Both the position numbers and the translations under genes were made by a program. Below the pieces are notes generated by a model. That model ran no database searches and was not told where the DNA came from. It saw only the letters and a list, made by a program, of their open reading frames with translations. This document shows, piece by piece, positions 43,451-60,472 of a stretch of DNA of 64,000 bases; the stretch's first letter is position 1, and each line of letters starts with the position of its first letter. The stretch is from the human T2T-CHM13v2.0 reference genome, Homo sapiens. The DNA lies in NCBI RefSeq assembly GCF_009914755.1, contig NC_060937.1, one strand, 5' to 3'.

Positions 43451-46400
43451 GTATCTGCGGTACATAAGATATCAAAGTACCCATACTATATAGTATATAC
43501 TGTACTTAAAATATCAAAATACCCAAAATATATATTATATACGTTACATAAACTATCAAATACACAAAGTATGTATTATATACTGTACATAAAATAGAAA
43601 AGTTCCCAAAATATGTATTATATATATTATAAATATGTACATAAAATATGAAAGTACCCAACCATTTATAATAAACTCTACATAAAACACCAAAGTACCC
43701 AAACTGTGTATTATATACTGTCCATAAAATATCAAAGTACCCAAAATATATATTGTAAACTCTACATAAAATATCAAAGTAGCCAAAATACATATTGTAT
43801 ACTGTACATAAAATATAAAAGTACCCCAAATATATATTATATACTGTACATAAAATATCAAAGTACCCATAATACATATTATATACTGTACATAAAATAT
43901 CAAAGGACCCAAAATAAACATTATATACTGTACATAAAATATCCAAATACTCAAAATATATATTACATACTGTACATAAAATATCAAAGTACCCAAATTA
44001 TGTACTATATACTGTACGTAAAATATCAGAGTACCCAAAATATGCGTTATATACTGTACATAAAATATGAAAGTAACAAAACATTTATAATAAACTGTAC
44101 ATAAAATATCAAAGTACTCAAACTATATATCATATACTGTACATAAAATATCAAAGTACCCAAACTGTGTATTATTATATACTGTATATAAAATATCAAA
44201 GTACCTGAAATATATATTGTATACTGTACATAAAATATCAAAGTACACAAAATATATACTATATACTGTACATAAAATATGAAGGTACATCAAATATATA
44301 TTATATCCTGTACATAAAATAACAAAGTACACCTATTATATATTGTGTACTGTACATAATATATTAAATCGCCCAAATATATATTGTATACTGTATATAA
44401 AATATGAAGGTACTTCAAATATATATTATATGCTGCACATAAAATATCAAAGTACCCAAGGTATGCATTACATACTGTACATAAAATATCAAAGTACACA
44501 AATTATATATTATATACTGTACATAAAATCTGTAGGTTCATCAAATATATTTTATATTCTGTACATAATATATCAAAGTACATCAAATATATATTATATA
44601 CGGTACATAAAATATCAAATTACCCAAAATATATATTATTTACTGTACATAAAATATGAAAGTAACCAAACATTTATAATAAACTGTACATAAATTATCA
44701 AAGTACTCAATCTACATATTATATACAGTATATAAAATATCAAAGTACACAAACTGTATATTATATACTGTACATAATATGTCAAAGTACCCAGAATATA
44801 TAGCATACTGTACATACAATATCAAAGTACCCAAAATATATATTGTATACTGTACATAAAATATGAAGGTACATCAAAGATATATTATATTCTGTACATA
44901 AAATATCAAAGTACACCAAATATATATTATATGCTGTACATAATATATTAAAGTTGCCCATGTATACATTTTATACTGTACATAAAATATGAAGGTACAT
45001 CAAATATATAGTATATGCTGCACATAAAATATCAAAGTACCCAAAGTATGTATTATATACTGTACATAAAATATCAAAGTACCAAAAGTATATATTACCT
45101 ACTGTAAATAAAATGTGAAGATACCTCAAATATATATTATATTCTGTACATGAAATATCAAAGTACACCAAGTATATACTATATACTCTACATAAAATAT
45201 TAAATTACCCAAAATATGTATTGTATTGTGTACATAAAATATGAAAATAACCAAACATTTATAATAAACTGTACATAAAATATCAAAGTACTCAAACTTT
45301 ATATTATATACTGTACATAAAGTATCAAAGTACCCAAACTGTGTAGTATATACTGTACATAAAATATCAAGGTACCCAAAATGTATATTGTAAACTGTAG
45401 ATAAAATATCAAAGTACCCAAAATATATATTATATACTGTGCATAAAATATGAAGGCACATCCAATATATATTATATTCTGTACATAAAATATCAAAGTA
45501 CACCAAATGTATATTATATACTGTACATAAAATATAAAACTACTCCAAATATATATTATATACTCTACATAAAATATCAAAGTACCCAAAATATATATTA
45601 TATACTGTACATAATATATCAAAGTACCCATAGTATGTATTATATCCTGTACATAAAATATGAAAGTACGTCAAATATATATTCTATTCTGCACATAAAA
45701 TATCATATTGCACCAAATATATATTGTATACTGTATATAAAATATGAAGGTACTTCAAATATATATTATATGCTGCACATAAAATATCAAAGTACCCAAA
45801 GTATGCATTATATACTGTACATAAAATATCAAAGTACCCAAAGTGTATATTATATACTGTACATAAAATATGAAGGTTCATCAAATATATTTTATATTCT
45901 GCACATAATATATCAAAGTACAGCAAATATATATTATATACTGTACATAAAATAACAAAGTAACAAAAATATGTATTATATACTGTACATAAAATATGAA
46001 AGTAACCAAATATTTATAATAAACTGTATATAAAATATCAAAGTACTCAAACTACATATTATATACAGTATATAAAATATCAAAGTACCCAAACTATATA
46101 TTATATACTGTACATACTATATCAAAGTACCCGAATATAGAGCATACTGTACATAAAATATCAAATTACCCAAAATATATATTGTATACTGTACATAAAA
46201 TATGAAGGTACATCAAAGATATATTATATTCTGTACATAAAATATCAAAGTACACCAAATATATATTATATGCTGTACAGAATATATTAAAGTCGACCAA
46301 ATGTATATTATATAGTGTACATAAAATATGAAGGTACATCAAATATATATTATATGCTGCACATAAAATATCAAAGTACCCAAAGTATGTATTATATACT

Positions 46401-49400
46401 GTACATAAAATATCAAAGTACCCAAAGTATATATTATATACTGTACATAAAATATAAAATACCCCAAATATATATTATATGCTGTACATAAAATATCAAA
46501 GTACACAAAATATGCATTATGTACTGTACATAAATTATCAAAGGACCCAAAATATATATTATATAGTGTACATAAAATATCAAAATACCCAAAATATATA
46601 TTATATACTGTACATAAAATACCAAAGTACCCAAAGTATATATTATATACTGTATAAAAAATATCAAAGTAGCCAAAATATGTATTATACACTGTACATA
46701 ATATATGAAAGTACCCAAACATTTATAATAAACTGTACATAAAATATCAATGTACTCAAATTATATATTATGTGCGGTACTTAAGATATCAAAGTACCCA
46801 TACTATATAGTATGTACTGTACTTAAAATATCAAAATACCCAAAATATATATTATATACGTTACATAAACTATCAAATACACAAAGTATGTATTACATAC
46901 TGTACATAAAATAGCAAAGTTCCCAAAATATGTATTATATACTGTACATAAAATATGAAAGTAACCAACCATTTATAATAAACTCTACATAAAATACCAA
47001 AGTACCCAAACTGTGTATTATATACTCTCCATAAAATATCAAAGTACCCAAAATATATATTGTCAACTGTACATAAAATATCAAAGTAGCCAAAATATAT
47101 ATAGTATACCGTACATAAAATATAAAAGTACCCCAAATATGTATTATATACTGTACATAAAATATCAAAGTACCGATAATACATATTATATAGTGTACAT
47201 AAAATATCAGAGGACCCAAAATAAACATTATATACTGTACATAAAATATCCAAATACTCAAAATATATATTACATACTGTACATAAAATATCAAAGTACC
47301 CAAATTATGTATTATATACTGTACATAAAATATCAGAGTACCCAAAATATGCATTATATACTGTACATAAAATATGAAAGTAACAAAACATTTATAATAA
47401 ACTGTACATAAAATATCAAAGTACTCAAACTATATATCATATACTGTACATAAAATATCAAAGTACCCAAACTGTGTATTATTATATACTGTATATAAAA
47501 TATCAAAGTACCTGAAATATATACTGTATACTGTACATAAAATATCAAAGTACCCAAAATATATACTATATACTGTACATAAAATATGAAGGTACATCAA
47601 ATATATATTATATCCTGTACATAAAATATCAAAGTACACCTATTATATATTGTGTACTGTACATAATATATTAAATCGCCCAAATATATATTGTATACTG
47701 TATATAAAATATGAAGGTACTTCAAATATATATTATATGCTGCACATAAAATATCAAAGTACCCAAAGTATGCATTACATACTGTACATAAAATATCAAA
47801 GTACACATATTATCTATTATATAATGTACATAAAATATGAAGGTTCATCAAATATATATTATATTCTGTACATAATATATCAAAGTACATCAAATATATA
47901 TTATATACTGTACATAAAATATCAAAGTACCAAAAATATGTATTATATACTGTACATAAAACATGAAAGTAACCAAACATTTATAATAAACTGTACTTAA
48001 AATATCAAAGTACTCAATCTACATATTATATACAGTATATAAAATATCAAAGTACACAAACTGTATATTATATACTGTACATAATATATCAAAGTACCCA
48101 GAATATATAGCATACTGTACTTAAAATATCAAAGTACCCAAAATATATATTGTATACTGTACATAAAATATGAAGGTACATCAAAGATATATTATATTCT
48201 GTACATAAAATATCAAAGTACACCAAATATATATTATATGCTGTACATAATATATTAAAGTTGCCCATATATACATTATATACTGTACATAAAATATGAA
48301 CGTACATCAAATATATAGTATATGCTGCACATAAAATATCAAAGTACCCAAAGTATGTATTATACACTGTACATAAAATATCAAAGTACCAAAAGTATAT
48401 ATTACATACTGTAAATAAAATATGAAGGTACCTCAAATATATATTATATTCTGTACATAAAATATCAAAGTACACCAAGTATATACTATATACTCTGCAT
48501 AAAATATTAAATTACCCAAAATATGTATTGCATTGTGTACATAAAATATGAAAGTAACCAAACATTTATAATAAACTGTACATAAAATATCAAAGTACTC
48601 AAACTGTATATTATATACTGTACATAAAGTATCAAAGTACCCAAACTGTGTAGTATATACTGTACATAAAATATCAAGGTACCCAAAATATATATTGTAA
48701 ACTGTAGATAAAATATCAAAGTACCCAAAATATATATTATATACTGTACATAAAATATGAAGGCACATCCAATATATATTATATTCTGTACATAAAATAT
48801 CAAAGTACACCAAATGTATATTATATACTGTACATAAAATATCAAAGTACCCAAAGTGTATATTATATACTGTACATAAAATATGAAGATTCATCAAATA
48901 TATTTTATATTCTGCACATAATATATCAAAGTACAGCAAATATATATTATATACTGTACATAAAATATCAAAGTACCCAAAATATGTATTATATACTGTA
49001 CATAAAATATGAAAGTAACCAAACATTTATAATAAACTGTACATAAAGTATCAAAGTACTCAAACTACATATTATATACAGTATATAAAATGTCAAAGTA
49101 CCCAAACTGTATATTATATACTGTACATAATATATCAAAGTACCTGAATATATAGCATACTGTACATAAAATATCAAAGTACCCAAAGTGTGTATTATAC
49201 ACTGCACATAAAATATGAAGGTACATAAAATATATATTGTATTCTGTACATAAAATATCAAAGTACTCCAAATATATATTATATGCTGTACATAATATAT
49301 TAAAGTCGCCCAAATATATATTATATACTGTACATAAAATATGAAGGTACATCAAATATATATTATATGCTGCACATAAAATATCAAAGTACCCAAAGTA

Positions 49401-49780
49401 TGTGTTATATACTGTACATAAAATATCAAAGTACCCAAAGTATATATTATATACTGTACATAAAATATAAAATACCCCAAATATATATTATATGCTGTAC
49501 ATAAAATATCAAAGTACACAAAATATGTATTATATACTGTACATAAAATACCAAAGGACCCAAAATATATATTATATACTGTACATAAAATATCAAAATA
49601 CCCAAAATATATATTATATACTGTACATAAAATACCAAAGTACCCAAAGTATATATTATATACCGTACAAAAAATGTCAAAGTAGCCAAAATATGTATTA
49701 TACACTGTACATAATATATGAAAGTACCCAAACATTTATAATAAACTGTACATAAAATATCAATGTACTCAAACTATATA
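43451..49780 (+). repeat. Canonical 6330-bp higher-order unit (3317 + 3013)
   Basis: Markers at 43451, 46768 and 49781. Confidence 0.9.
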
Positions 49781-52700
49781 TTATGTGCGGTACATAATAT
49801 ATCAAATTACCCATACTATATAGTATATACTGTACTTAAAATATCAAAATACCCAAAATATATATTATATACGTTACATAAACTATCAAATACACAAAGT
49901 ATGTATTATATACTGTACATAAAATAGCAAAGTTCCCAAAATATGTATTATATATATTATAAATATGTACATAAAATATGAAAGTACCCAACCATTTATA
50001 ATAAATTCTACATAAAACACCAAAGTACCCAAACTGTGTATTATATACTGTCCATAAAATATCAAAGGACCCAAAATATATATTGTAAACTCTACATAAA
50101 ATATCAAAGTAGCCAAAATACATATTGTATACTGTACATAAATTATAAAAGTACCCCAAATATATATTATATACTGTACATAAAATATCAAAGTACCCAT
50201 AATACATATTATATACTGTACATAAAATATCAAAGGACCCAAAATAAACATTATATACTGTACATAAAATATCCAAATACTCAAAATATATATTACATAC
50301 TGTACATAAAATATCAAAGTACCCAAATTATGTATTATATACTGTACGTAAAATATCAGAGAACCCAAAATATGCATTATATACTGTACATAAAATATGA
50401 AAGTAACAAAACATTTATAATAAACTGTACATAAAATATCAAAGTACTCAAACTATATATCATATACTGTACATAAAATATCAAAGTACCCAAACTGTGT
50501 ATTATTATATACTGTATATAAAATATCAAAGTACCTGAAATATATATTGTATACTGTACATAAAATATCAAAGTACACAAAATATATACTATATACTGTA
50601 CATAAAATATGAAGGTACATCAAATATATATTATATCCTGTACATAAAATATCAAAGTACACCTATTATATATTGTTTACTGTACATAATATATTAAATC
50701 GCCCAAATATATATTGTATACTGTATATAAAATATGAAGGTACTTCAAATATATATTATATGCTGCACATAAAATATCAAAGTACCCAAGGTATGCATTA
50801 CATACTGTACATAAAATATCAAAGTACACAAATTATATATTATATACTGTACATAAAATATGTAGGTTCATCAAGTATATTTTATATTCTGTACATAATA
50901 TATCAAAGTACATCAAATATATATTATATACGGTACATAAAATATCAAATTACCCAAAATATGCATTATTTACTGTACATAAAATATGAAAGTAACCAAA
51001 CATTTATAATAAACTGTACATAAATTATCAAAGTACTCAATCTACATATTATATACAGTATATAAAATATCAAAGTACACAAACTGTATATTATATACTG
51101 TACATAATATGAAAAAGTACCCAGAATATATAGCATACTGTACATACAATATCAAAGTACCCAGAATGTATATTGTATACTGTACATAAAATATGAAGGT
51201 ACATCAAAGATATATTATATTCTGTACATAAAATATCAAAGTACACCAAATATATATTATATGCTGTACATAATATATTAAAGTTGCCCATGTATACATT
51301 TTATACTGTACATAAAATATGAAGGTACATCAAATATATAGTATATGCTGCACATAAAATATCAAAGTACCCAAAGTATGTATTATATACTGTACATAAA
51401 ATATCAAAGTACCAAAAGTATATATTACCTACTGTAAATAAAATATGAAGATACCTCAAATATATATTATATTCTGTACATGAAATATCAAAGTACACCA
51501 AGTATATACTATATACTCTACATAAAATATTAAATTACCCAAAATATGTATTGTATTGTGTACATAAAATATGAAAGTAACCAAACATTTATAATAAACT
51601 GTACATAAAATATCAAAGTACTCAAACTGTATATTATATACTGTACATAAAGTATCAAAGTACCCAAACTGTGTAGTATATACTGTACATAAAATATCAA
51701 GGTACCCAAAATGTATATTGTAAACTGTAGATAAAATATCAAAGTACCCAAAATATATATTATATACTGTACATAAAATATGAAGGCACATCCAATATAT
51801 ATTATATTCTGTACATAAAATATCAAAGTACACCAAATGTATATTATATACTGTACATAAAATATAAAACTACCCCAAATATATCTTTTATACTCTACAT
51901 AAAATATCAAAGTACCCAAAATATATATTATATACTGTACATAATATATCAAAGTACCCATAGTATGTATTATATCCTGTACATAAAATATGAAAGTACG
52001 TCAAATATATATTCTATTCTGCACATAAAATATCATATTGCACCAAATATATATTGTATACTGTATATAAAATATGAAGGTACTTCAAATATATATTATA
52101 TGCTGCACATAAAATATCAAAGTACCCAAAGTATGCATTATATACTGTACATAAAATATCAAAGTACCCAAAATGTATATTATATACTGTACATAAAATA
52201 TGAAGGTTCATCAAATATATTTTATATTCTGCACATAATATATGAAAGTACAGCAAATATATATTATATACTGTACATAAAATATCAAAGTACCCAAAAT
52301 ATGTATTATATACTGTACATAAAATATGAAAGTAACCAAACATTTATAATAAACTGTACATAAAGTATCAAAGTACTCAAACTACATATTATATACAGTA
52401 TATAAAATGTCAAAGTACCCAAACTGTATATTATATACTGTACATAATATATCAAAGTACCCAAATATATAGCATACTGTACATAAAATATCAAAGTACC
52501 CAAAATATATATTGTATACTGTACATAAAATGTGAAGGTACATTAAAGATATATTATATTCTGTACATAAAATATCAAATTACACCAAATATATATTATA
52601 TGCTGTACATAATATATTAAAGTCAACCAAATATATATTATATACTGTACATAAAATATGAAGATACATCAAATATATATTATATGCTGCACATAAAATA

Positions 52701-54142
52701 TCAAAGTATCCAAAGTATGTATTATACACTGTACATAAAATATCAAAATACCGAAAGTATATATTACATACTGTAAATAAAATATGAAGGTACCTCATAT
52801 ATATATTATATTCTGTACATAAAATATCAAAGTACACCAAGTATATACTATATACTCTGCATAAAATATTAAATTACCCAAAATATGTATTGTATTGTGT
52901 ACATAAAATATGAAAGTAACCAAACATTTATAATAAACTGTACATAAAATATCAAAGTACTCAAACTGTATATTATATACTGTACATAAAGTATCAAAGT
53001 ACCCAAACTGTGTAGTATATACTGTACAAAAAATATCAAGGTACCCAAAATATATATTGTAAACTGTAGATAAAATATCAAAATACCCAAAATATATATT
53101 ATATACTGTACATAAAATATGAAGGCACATCCAATATATATTATATTCTGTACATAAAATATCAAAGTACACCAAATGTATATTATATACTGTACATAAA
53201 ATATCAAAGTACCCAAAGTGTATATTATATACTGTACATAAAATATGAAGGTTCATCAAACATATTTTATATTCTCCACATAATATATCAAAGTACAGCA
53301 AATATATATTATATACTGTACATAAAATATCAAAGTACCCAGAATATGTATTATATACTGTACATAAAATATGAAAGTAAGCAAACATTTGTAATAAAAT
53401 GTACATAAAGTAACAAAGTACTCAAACTACATATTATATACAGTATATAAAATGTCAAAGTACCCAAACTGTATATTATATACTGTACATAATATATCAA
53501 AGTACCCGAATATATAGCATACTGTACATAAAATATCAAAGTACCCAAAGTGTGTATTATACACTGCACATAAAATATGAAGGTACATAAAATATATATT
53601 GTATTCTGTACATAAAATATCAAAGTACTCCAAATATATATTATATGCTGTACATAATATATTAAAGTCGCCCAAATATATATTATATACTGTACATAAA
53701 ATATGAAGGTACATCAAATATATATTATATGCTGCACATAAAATATCAAAGTACCCAAAGTATGTGTTATATACTGTACATAAAATATCAAAGTACCCAA
53801 AGTATATATTATATACTGTACATAAAATATAAAATACCCCAAATATATATTATATGCTGTACATAAAATATCAAAGTACACAAAATATGTATTATATACT
53901 GTACATAAAATACCAAAGGACCCAAAATATATATTATATACTGTACATAAAATATCAAAATACCCAAAATATATATTATATACTGTACATAAAATACCAA
54001 AGTACCCAAAGTATATATTATATACCGTACAAAAAATATCAAAGTAGCCAAAATATGTATTATACACTGTACATAATATATGAAAGTACCCAAACATTTA
54101 TAATAAACTGTACATAAAATATCAATGTACTCAAACTATATA
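49781..54142 (+). repeat. Variant unit, 4362 bp: 79-mer/72-mer chimera (3317 + 1045)
   Basis: Markers at 49781 and 54143. The CTGTAAATAAAATATGAAG(G/A)TACCTCA block occurs twice in the unit (~51432 and ~52771). Confidence 0.83.
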
Positions 54143-57100
54143 TTATGTGCGGTACATAAGATATCAAATTACCCATACTGTATAGTATATACTGTACTTA
54201 AAATATCAAAATACCCAAAATATATATTATATACGTTACATAAACTATCAAATACACAAAGTATGTATTATATACTGTACATAAAATAGCAAAGTTCCCA
54301 AAATATGTATTATATATATTATAAATATGTACATAAAATATGAAAGTACCCAACCATTTATAATAAACTCTACATAAAACACCAAAGTACCCAAACTGTG
54401 TATTATATACTGTCCATAAAATATCAAAGGACCCAAAATATATATTGTAAACTCTACATAAAATATCAAAGTAGCCAAAATACATATTGTATACTGTACA
54501 TAAAATATAAAAGTACCCCAAATATATATTATATACTGTACATAAAATATCAAAGTACCCATAATACATATTATATACTGTACATAAAATATCAAAGGAC
54601 CCAAAATAAACATTATATACTGTACATAAAATATCCAAATACTCAAAATATATATTACATACTGTACATAAAATATCAAAGTACCCAAATTATGTATTAT
54701 ATACTGTACGTAAAATATGAGAGTACCCAAAATATGCATTATATTCTGTACATAAAATATGAAAGTAACAAAACATTTATAATAAACTGTACATAAAATA
54801 TCAAAGTACTCAAACTATATATCATATACTGTATATAAAATATCAAAGTACCCAAACTGTGTATTATTATATACTGTATATAAAATATCAAAGTACCTGA
54901 AATATATATTGTATACTGTACATAAAATATCAAAGTACCCAAAATATATACTATATACTGTACATAAAATATGAAGGTACATCAAATATATATTATATCC
55001 TGTACATAAAATATCAAAGTACACCTATTATATATTGTGTACTGTACATAATATATTAAATCGCCCAAATATATATTGTATACTGTATATAAAATATGAA
55101 GGTACTTCAAATATATATTATATGCTGCACATAAAATATCAAAGTACCCAAGGTATGCATTACATACTGTACATAAAATATCAAAGTACACAAATTATAT
55201 ATTATATACTGTACATAAAATATGTAGGTTCATCAAATATATTTTATATTCTGTACATAATATATCAAAGTACATCAAATATATATTATATACGGTACAT
55301 AAAATATCAAATTACCCAAAATATGCATTATTTACTGTACATAAAATATGAAAGTAACCAAACATTTATAATAAACTGTACATAAATTATCAAAGTACTC
55401 AATCTACATATTATATACAGTATATAAAATATCAAAGTACACAAACTGTATATTATATACTGTACATAATATGTCAAAGTACCCAGAATATATAGCATAC
55501 TGTACATACAATATCAAAGTACCCAGAATGTATATTGTATACTGTACATAAAATATGAAGGTACATCAAAGATATATTATATTCTGTACATAAAATATCA
55601 AACTACACCAAATATATATTATATGCTGTACATAATATATTAAAGTTGCCCATATATACATTTTATACTGTACATAAAATATGAAGGTACATCAAATATA
55701 TAGTATATGCTGCACATAAAATATCAAAGTATCCAAAGTATGTATTATATACTGTACATAAAATATCAAAGTACCAAAAGTATATATTACCTACTGTAAA
55801 TAAAATATGAAGGTACCTCAAATATATATTATATTCTGTACATGAAATATCAAAGTACACCAAGTATATACTATATAGTCTACATAAAATATTAAATTAC
55901 CCAAAATATGTATTGTATTGTGTACATAAAATATGAAAGTAACCAAACATTTATAATAAACTGTACATAAAATATCAAAGTACTCAAACTTTATATTATA
56001 TACTGTACATAAAGTATCAAAGTACCCAAACTGTGTAGTATATACTGTACATAAAATATCAAGGTACCCAAAATGTATATTGTAAACTGTAGATAAAATA
56101 TCAAAGTACCCAAAATATATATTATATACTGTACATAAAATATGAAGGCTCATCCAATATATATTATATTCTGTACATAAAATATCAAAGTACACCAAAT
56201 GTATATTATATACTGTACATAAAATATAAAACTACCCCAAATATATATTATATACTCTACATAAAATATCAAAGTACACAAAATATATATTATATACTGT
56301 ACATAATATATCAAAGAACCCATAGTATGTATTATATCCTGTACATAAAATATGAAAGTACGTCAAATATATATTCTATTCTGCACATAAAATATCATAT
56401 TGCACCAAATATATATTGTATACTGTATATAAAATATGAAGGTACTTCAAATATATATTATATGCTGCACATAAAATATCAAAGTACCCAAAGTATGCAT
56501 TATATACTGTACATAAAATATCAAAGTACCCAAAGTGTATATTATATACTGTACATAAAATATGAAGGTTCATCAAATATATTTTATATTCTGCACATAA
56601 TATATCAAAGTACAGCAAATATATATTATATACTGTACATAAAATAACAAAGTAACAAAAATATGTACTATATACTGTACATAAAATATGAAAGTAACCA
56701 AATATTTATAATAAACTGTATATAAAATATCAAAGTACTCAAACTACATATTATATACAGTATATAAAATATCAAAGTACCCATACTATATATTATATAC
56801 TGTACATACTATATCAAAGTACCCAAATATATAGCATACTGTACATAAAATATCAAATTACCCAAAATATATATTGTATACTGTACATAAAATATGAAGG
56901 TACATCAAAGATATATTATATTCTGTACATAAAATATCAAAGTACACCAAATATATATTATATGCTGTACAGAATATATTAAAGTCGACCAAATGTATAT
57001 TATATACTGTACATAAAATATGAAGGTACATCAAATATATATTATATGCTGCACATAAAATATCAAAGTACCCAAAGTATGTGTTATATACTGTACATAA

Positions 57101-60100
57101 AATATCAAAGTACCCAAAGTATATATTATATACTGTACATAAAATATAAAATACCCCAAATATATATTATATGCTGTACATAAAATATCAAAGTACACAA
57201 AATATGAATTATGTACTGTACATAAATTATCAAAGGACCCAAAATATATATTATATAGTGTACATAAAATATCAAAATACCCAAAATATATATTATATAC
57301 TGTACATAAAATACCAAAGTACCCAAAGTATATATTATATACTGTATAAAAAATATCAAAGTAGCCAAAATATGTATTATACCCTGTACATAATATATGA
57401 AAGTACCCAAACATTTATAATAAACTGTACATAAAATATCAATGTACTCAAACTATATATTATGTGCGGTACTTAAGATATCAAAGTACCCATACTATAT
57501 AGTATGTACTGTACTTAAAATATCAAAATACCCAAAATATATATTATATACGTTACATAAACTATCAAATACACAAAGTATGTATTACATACTGTACATA
57601 AAATAGCAAAGTTCCCAAAATATGTATTATATACTGTACATAAAATATGAAAGTACCCAACCATTTATAATAAACTCTACATAAAATACCAAAGTACCCA
57701 AACTGTGTATTATATACTCTCCATAAAATATCAAAGTACCCAAAATATATATTGTCAACTGTACATGAAATATCAAAGTAGCCAAAATATATATAGTATA
57801 CCGTACATAAAATATAAAAGTACCCCAAATATGTATTATATACTGTACATAAAATATCAAAGTACCGATAATACATATTATATACTGTACATAAAATATC
57901 AGAGGACCCAAAATAAACATTATATACTGTACATAAAATCTCCAAATACTCAAAATATATATTACATACTGTACATAAAATATCAAAGTACCCAAATTAT
58001 TTATTATATACTGTACATAAAATATCAGAGTACCCAAAATATGCATTATATACTGTACATAAAATATGAAAGTAACAAAACATTTATAATAAACTGTACA
58101 TAAAATATCAAAGTACTCAAACTATATATCATATACTGTACACAAAATATCAAAGTACCCAAACTGTGTATTATTATATACTGTATATAAAATATAAAAG
58201 TACCTGAAATATATACTGTATACTGTACATAAAATATCAAAGTACCCAAAATATATACTATATACTGTACATAAAATATGAAGGTACATCAAATATATAT
58301 TATATCCTGTACATAAAATATCAAAGTACACCTATTATATATTGTGTACTGTACATAATATATTAAATCGCCCAAATATATATTGTATACTGTATATAAA
58401 ATATGAAGGTACTTCAAATATATATTATATGCTGCACATAAAATATCAAAGTACCCAAAGTATGCATTACATACTGTACATAAAATATCAAAGTACACAT
58501 ATTATCTATTATATAATGTACATAAAATATGAAGGTTCATCAAATATATATTATATTCTGTACATAATATATCAAAGTACATCAAATATATATTATATAC
58601 TGTACATAAAATATCAAAGTACCAAAAATATGTATTATATACTGTACATAAAACATGAAAGTAACCAAACATTTATAATAAACTGTACATAAAATATCAA
58701 AGTACTCAATCTACATATTATATACAGTATATAAAATATCAAAGTACACAAACTGTATATTATATACTGTACATAATATATCAAAGTACCCAGAATATAT
58801 ACCATACTGTACTTAAAATATCAAAGAACCCAAAATATATATTGTATACTGTACATAAAATATGAAGGTACATCAAAGATATATTATATTCTGTACATAA
58901 AATATCAAAGTACACCAAATATATATTATATGCTGTACATAATATATTAAAGTTGCCCATATATACATTATATACTGTACATAAAATATGAACGTACATC
59001 AAATATATAGTATATGCTGCACATAAAATATCAAAGTACCCAAAGTATGTATTATACACTGTACATAAAAAATCAAAGTACCAAAAGTATATATTACATA
59101 CTGTAAATAAAATATGAAGGTACCTCAAATATATATTATATTCTGTACATAAAATATCAAAGTACACCAAGTATATACTATATACTCTGCATAAAATATT
59201 AAATTACCCAAAATATGTATTGCATTGTGTACATAAAATATGAAAGTAACCAAACATTTATAATAAACTGTACATAAAATATCAAAGTACTCAAACTGTA
59301 TATTATATACTGTACATAAAGTATCAAAGTACCCAAACTGTGTAGTATATACTGTACATAAAATATCAAGGTACCCAAAATATATATTGTAAACTGTAGA
59401 TAAAATATCAAAGTACCCAAAATATATATTATATACTGTACATAAAATATGAAGGCACATCCAATATATACTATATTCTGTACATAAAATATCAAAGTAC
59501 ACCAAATGTATATTATATACTGTACAAAAAATATCAAAGTACCCAAAGTGTATATTATATACTGTACATAAAGTATGAAGGTTCATCAAATATATTTTAT
59601 ATTCTGCACATAATATATCAAAGTACAGCAAATATATATTATATACTGTACATAAAATATCAAAGTACCCAGAATATGTATTATATACTGTACATAAAAT
59701 ATGAAAGTAAGCAAACATTTGTAATAAAATGTACATAAAGTAACAAAGTACTCAAACTACATATTATATACAGTATATAAAATGTCAAAGTACCCAAACT
59801 GTATATTATATACTGTACATAATATATCAAAGTACCCGAATATATAGCATACTGTACATAAAATATCAAAGTACCCAAAGTGTGTATTATACACTGCACA
59901 TAAAATATGAAGGTACATAAAATATATATTGTATTCTGTACATAAAATATCAAAGTACTCCAAATATATATTATATGCTGTACATAATATATTAAAGTCG
60001 CCCAAATATATATTATATACTGTACATAAAATATGAAGGTACATCAAATATATATTATATGCTGCACATAAAATATCAAAGTACCCAAAGTATGTGTTAT

Positions 60101-60472
60101 ATACTGTACATAAAATATCAAAGTACCCAAAGTATATATTATATACTGTACATAAAATATAAAATACCCCAAATATATATTATATGCTGTACATAAAATA
60201 TCAAAGTACACAAAATATGTATTATATACTGTACATAAAATACCAAAGGACCCAAAATATATATTATATACTGTACATAAAATATCAAAATACCCAAAAT
60301 ATATATTATATACTGTACATAAAATACCAAAGTACCCAAAGTATATATTATATACCGTACAAAAAATATCAAAGTAGCCAAAATATGTATTATACACTGT
60401 ACATAATATATGAAAGTACCCAAACATTTATAATAAACTGTACATAAAATATCAATGTACTCAAACTATATA
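54143..60472 (+). repeat. Canonical 6330-bp higher-order unit (3317 + 3013)
   Basis: Markers at 54143, 57460 and 60473. ORF offsets 53714->60044 and 55035->61365 are both 6330. Confidence 0.9.

Larger units (their letters stand above)
7850..49800 (+). repeat. 16,375-bp tandem super-repeat, ~2.6 near-identical copies
   Basis: Constant 16375 offset for dozens of landmarks (7897/24272/40647, 8570/24945/41320, 10756/27131/43506, 14900/31275/47650, 16602/32977/49352, 19157/35532). 3317+3013+3474+6571 = 16375. Boundaries are approximate. Confidence 0.9.
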
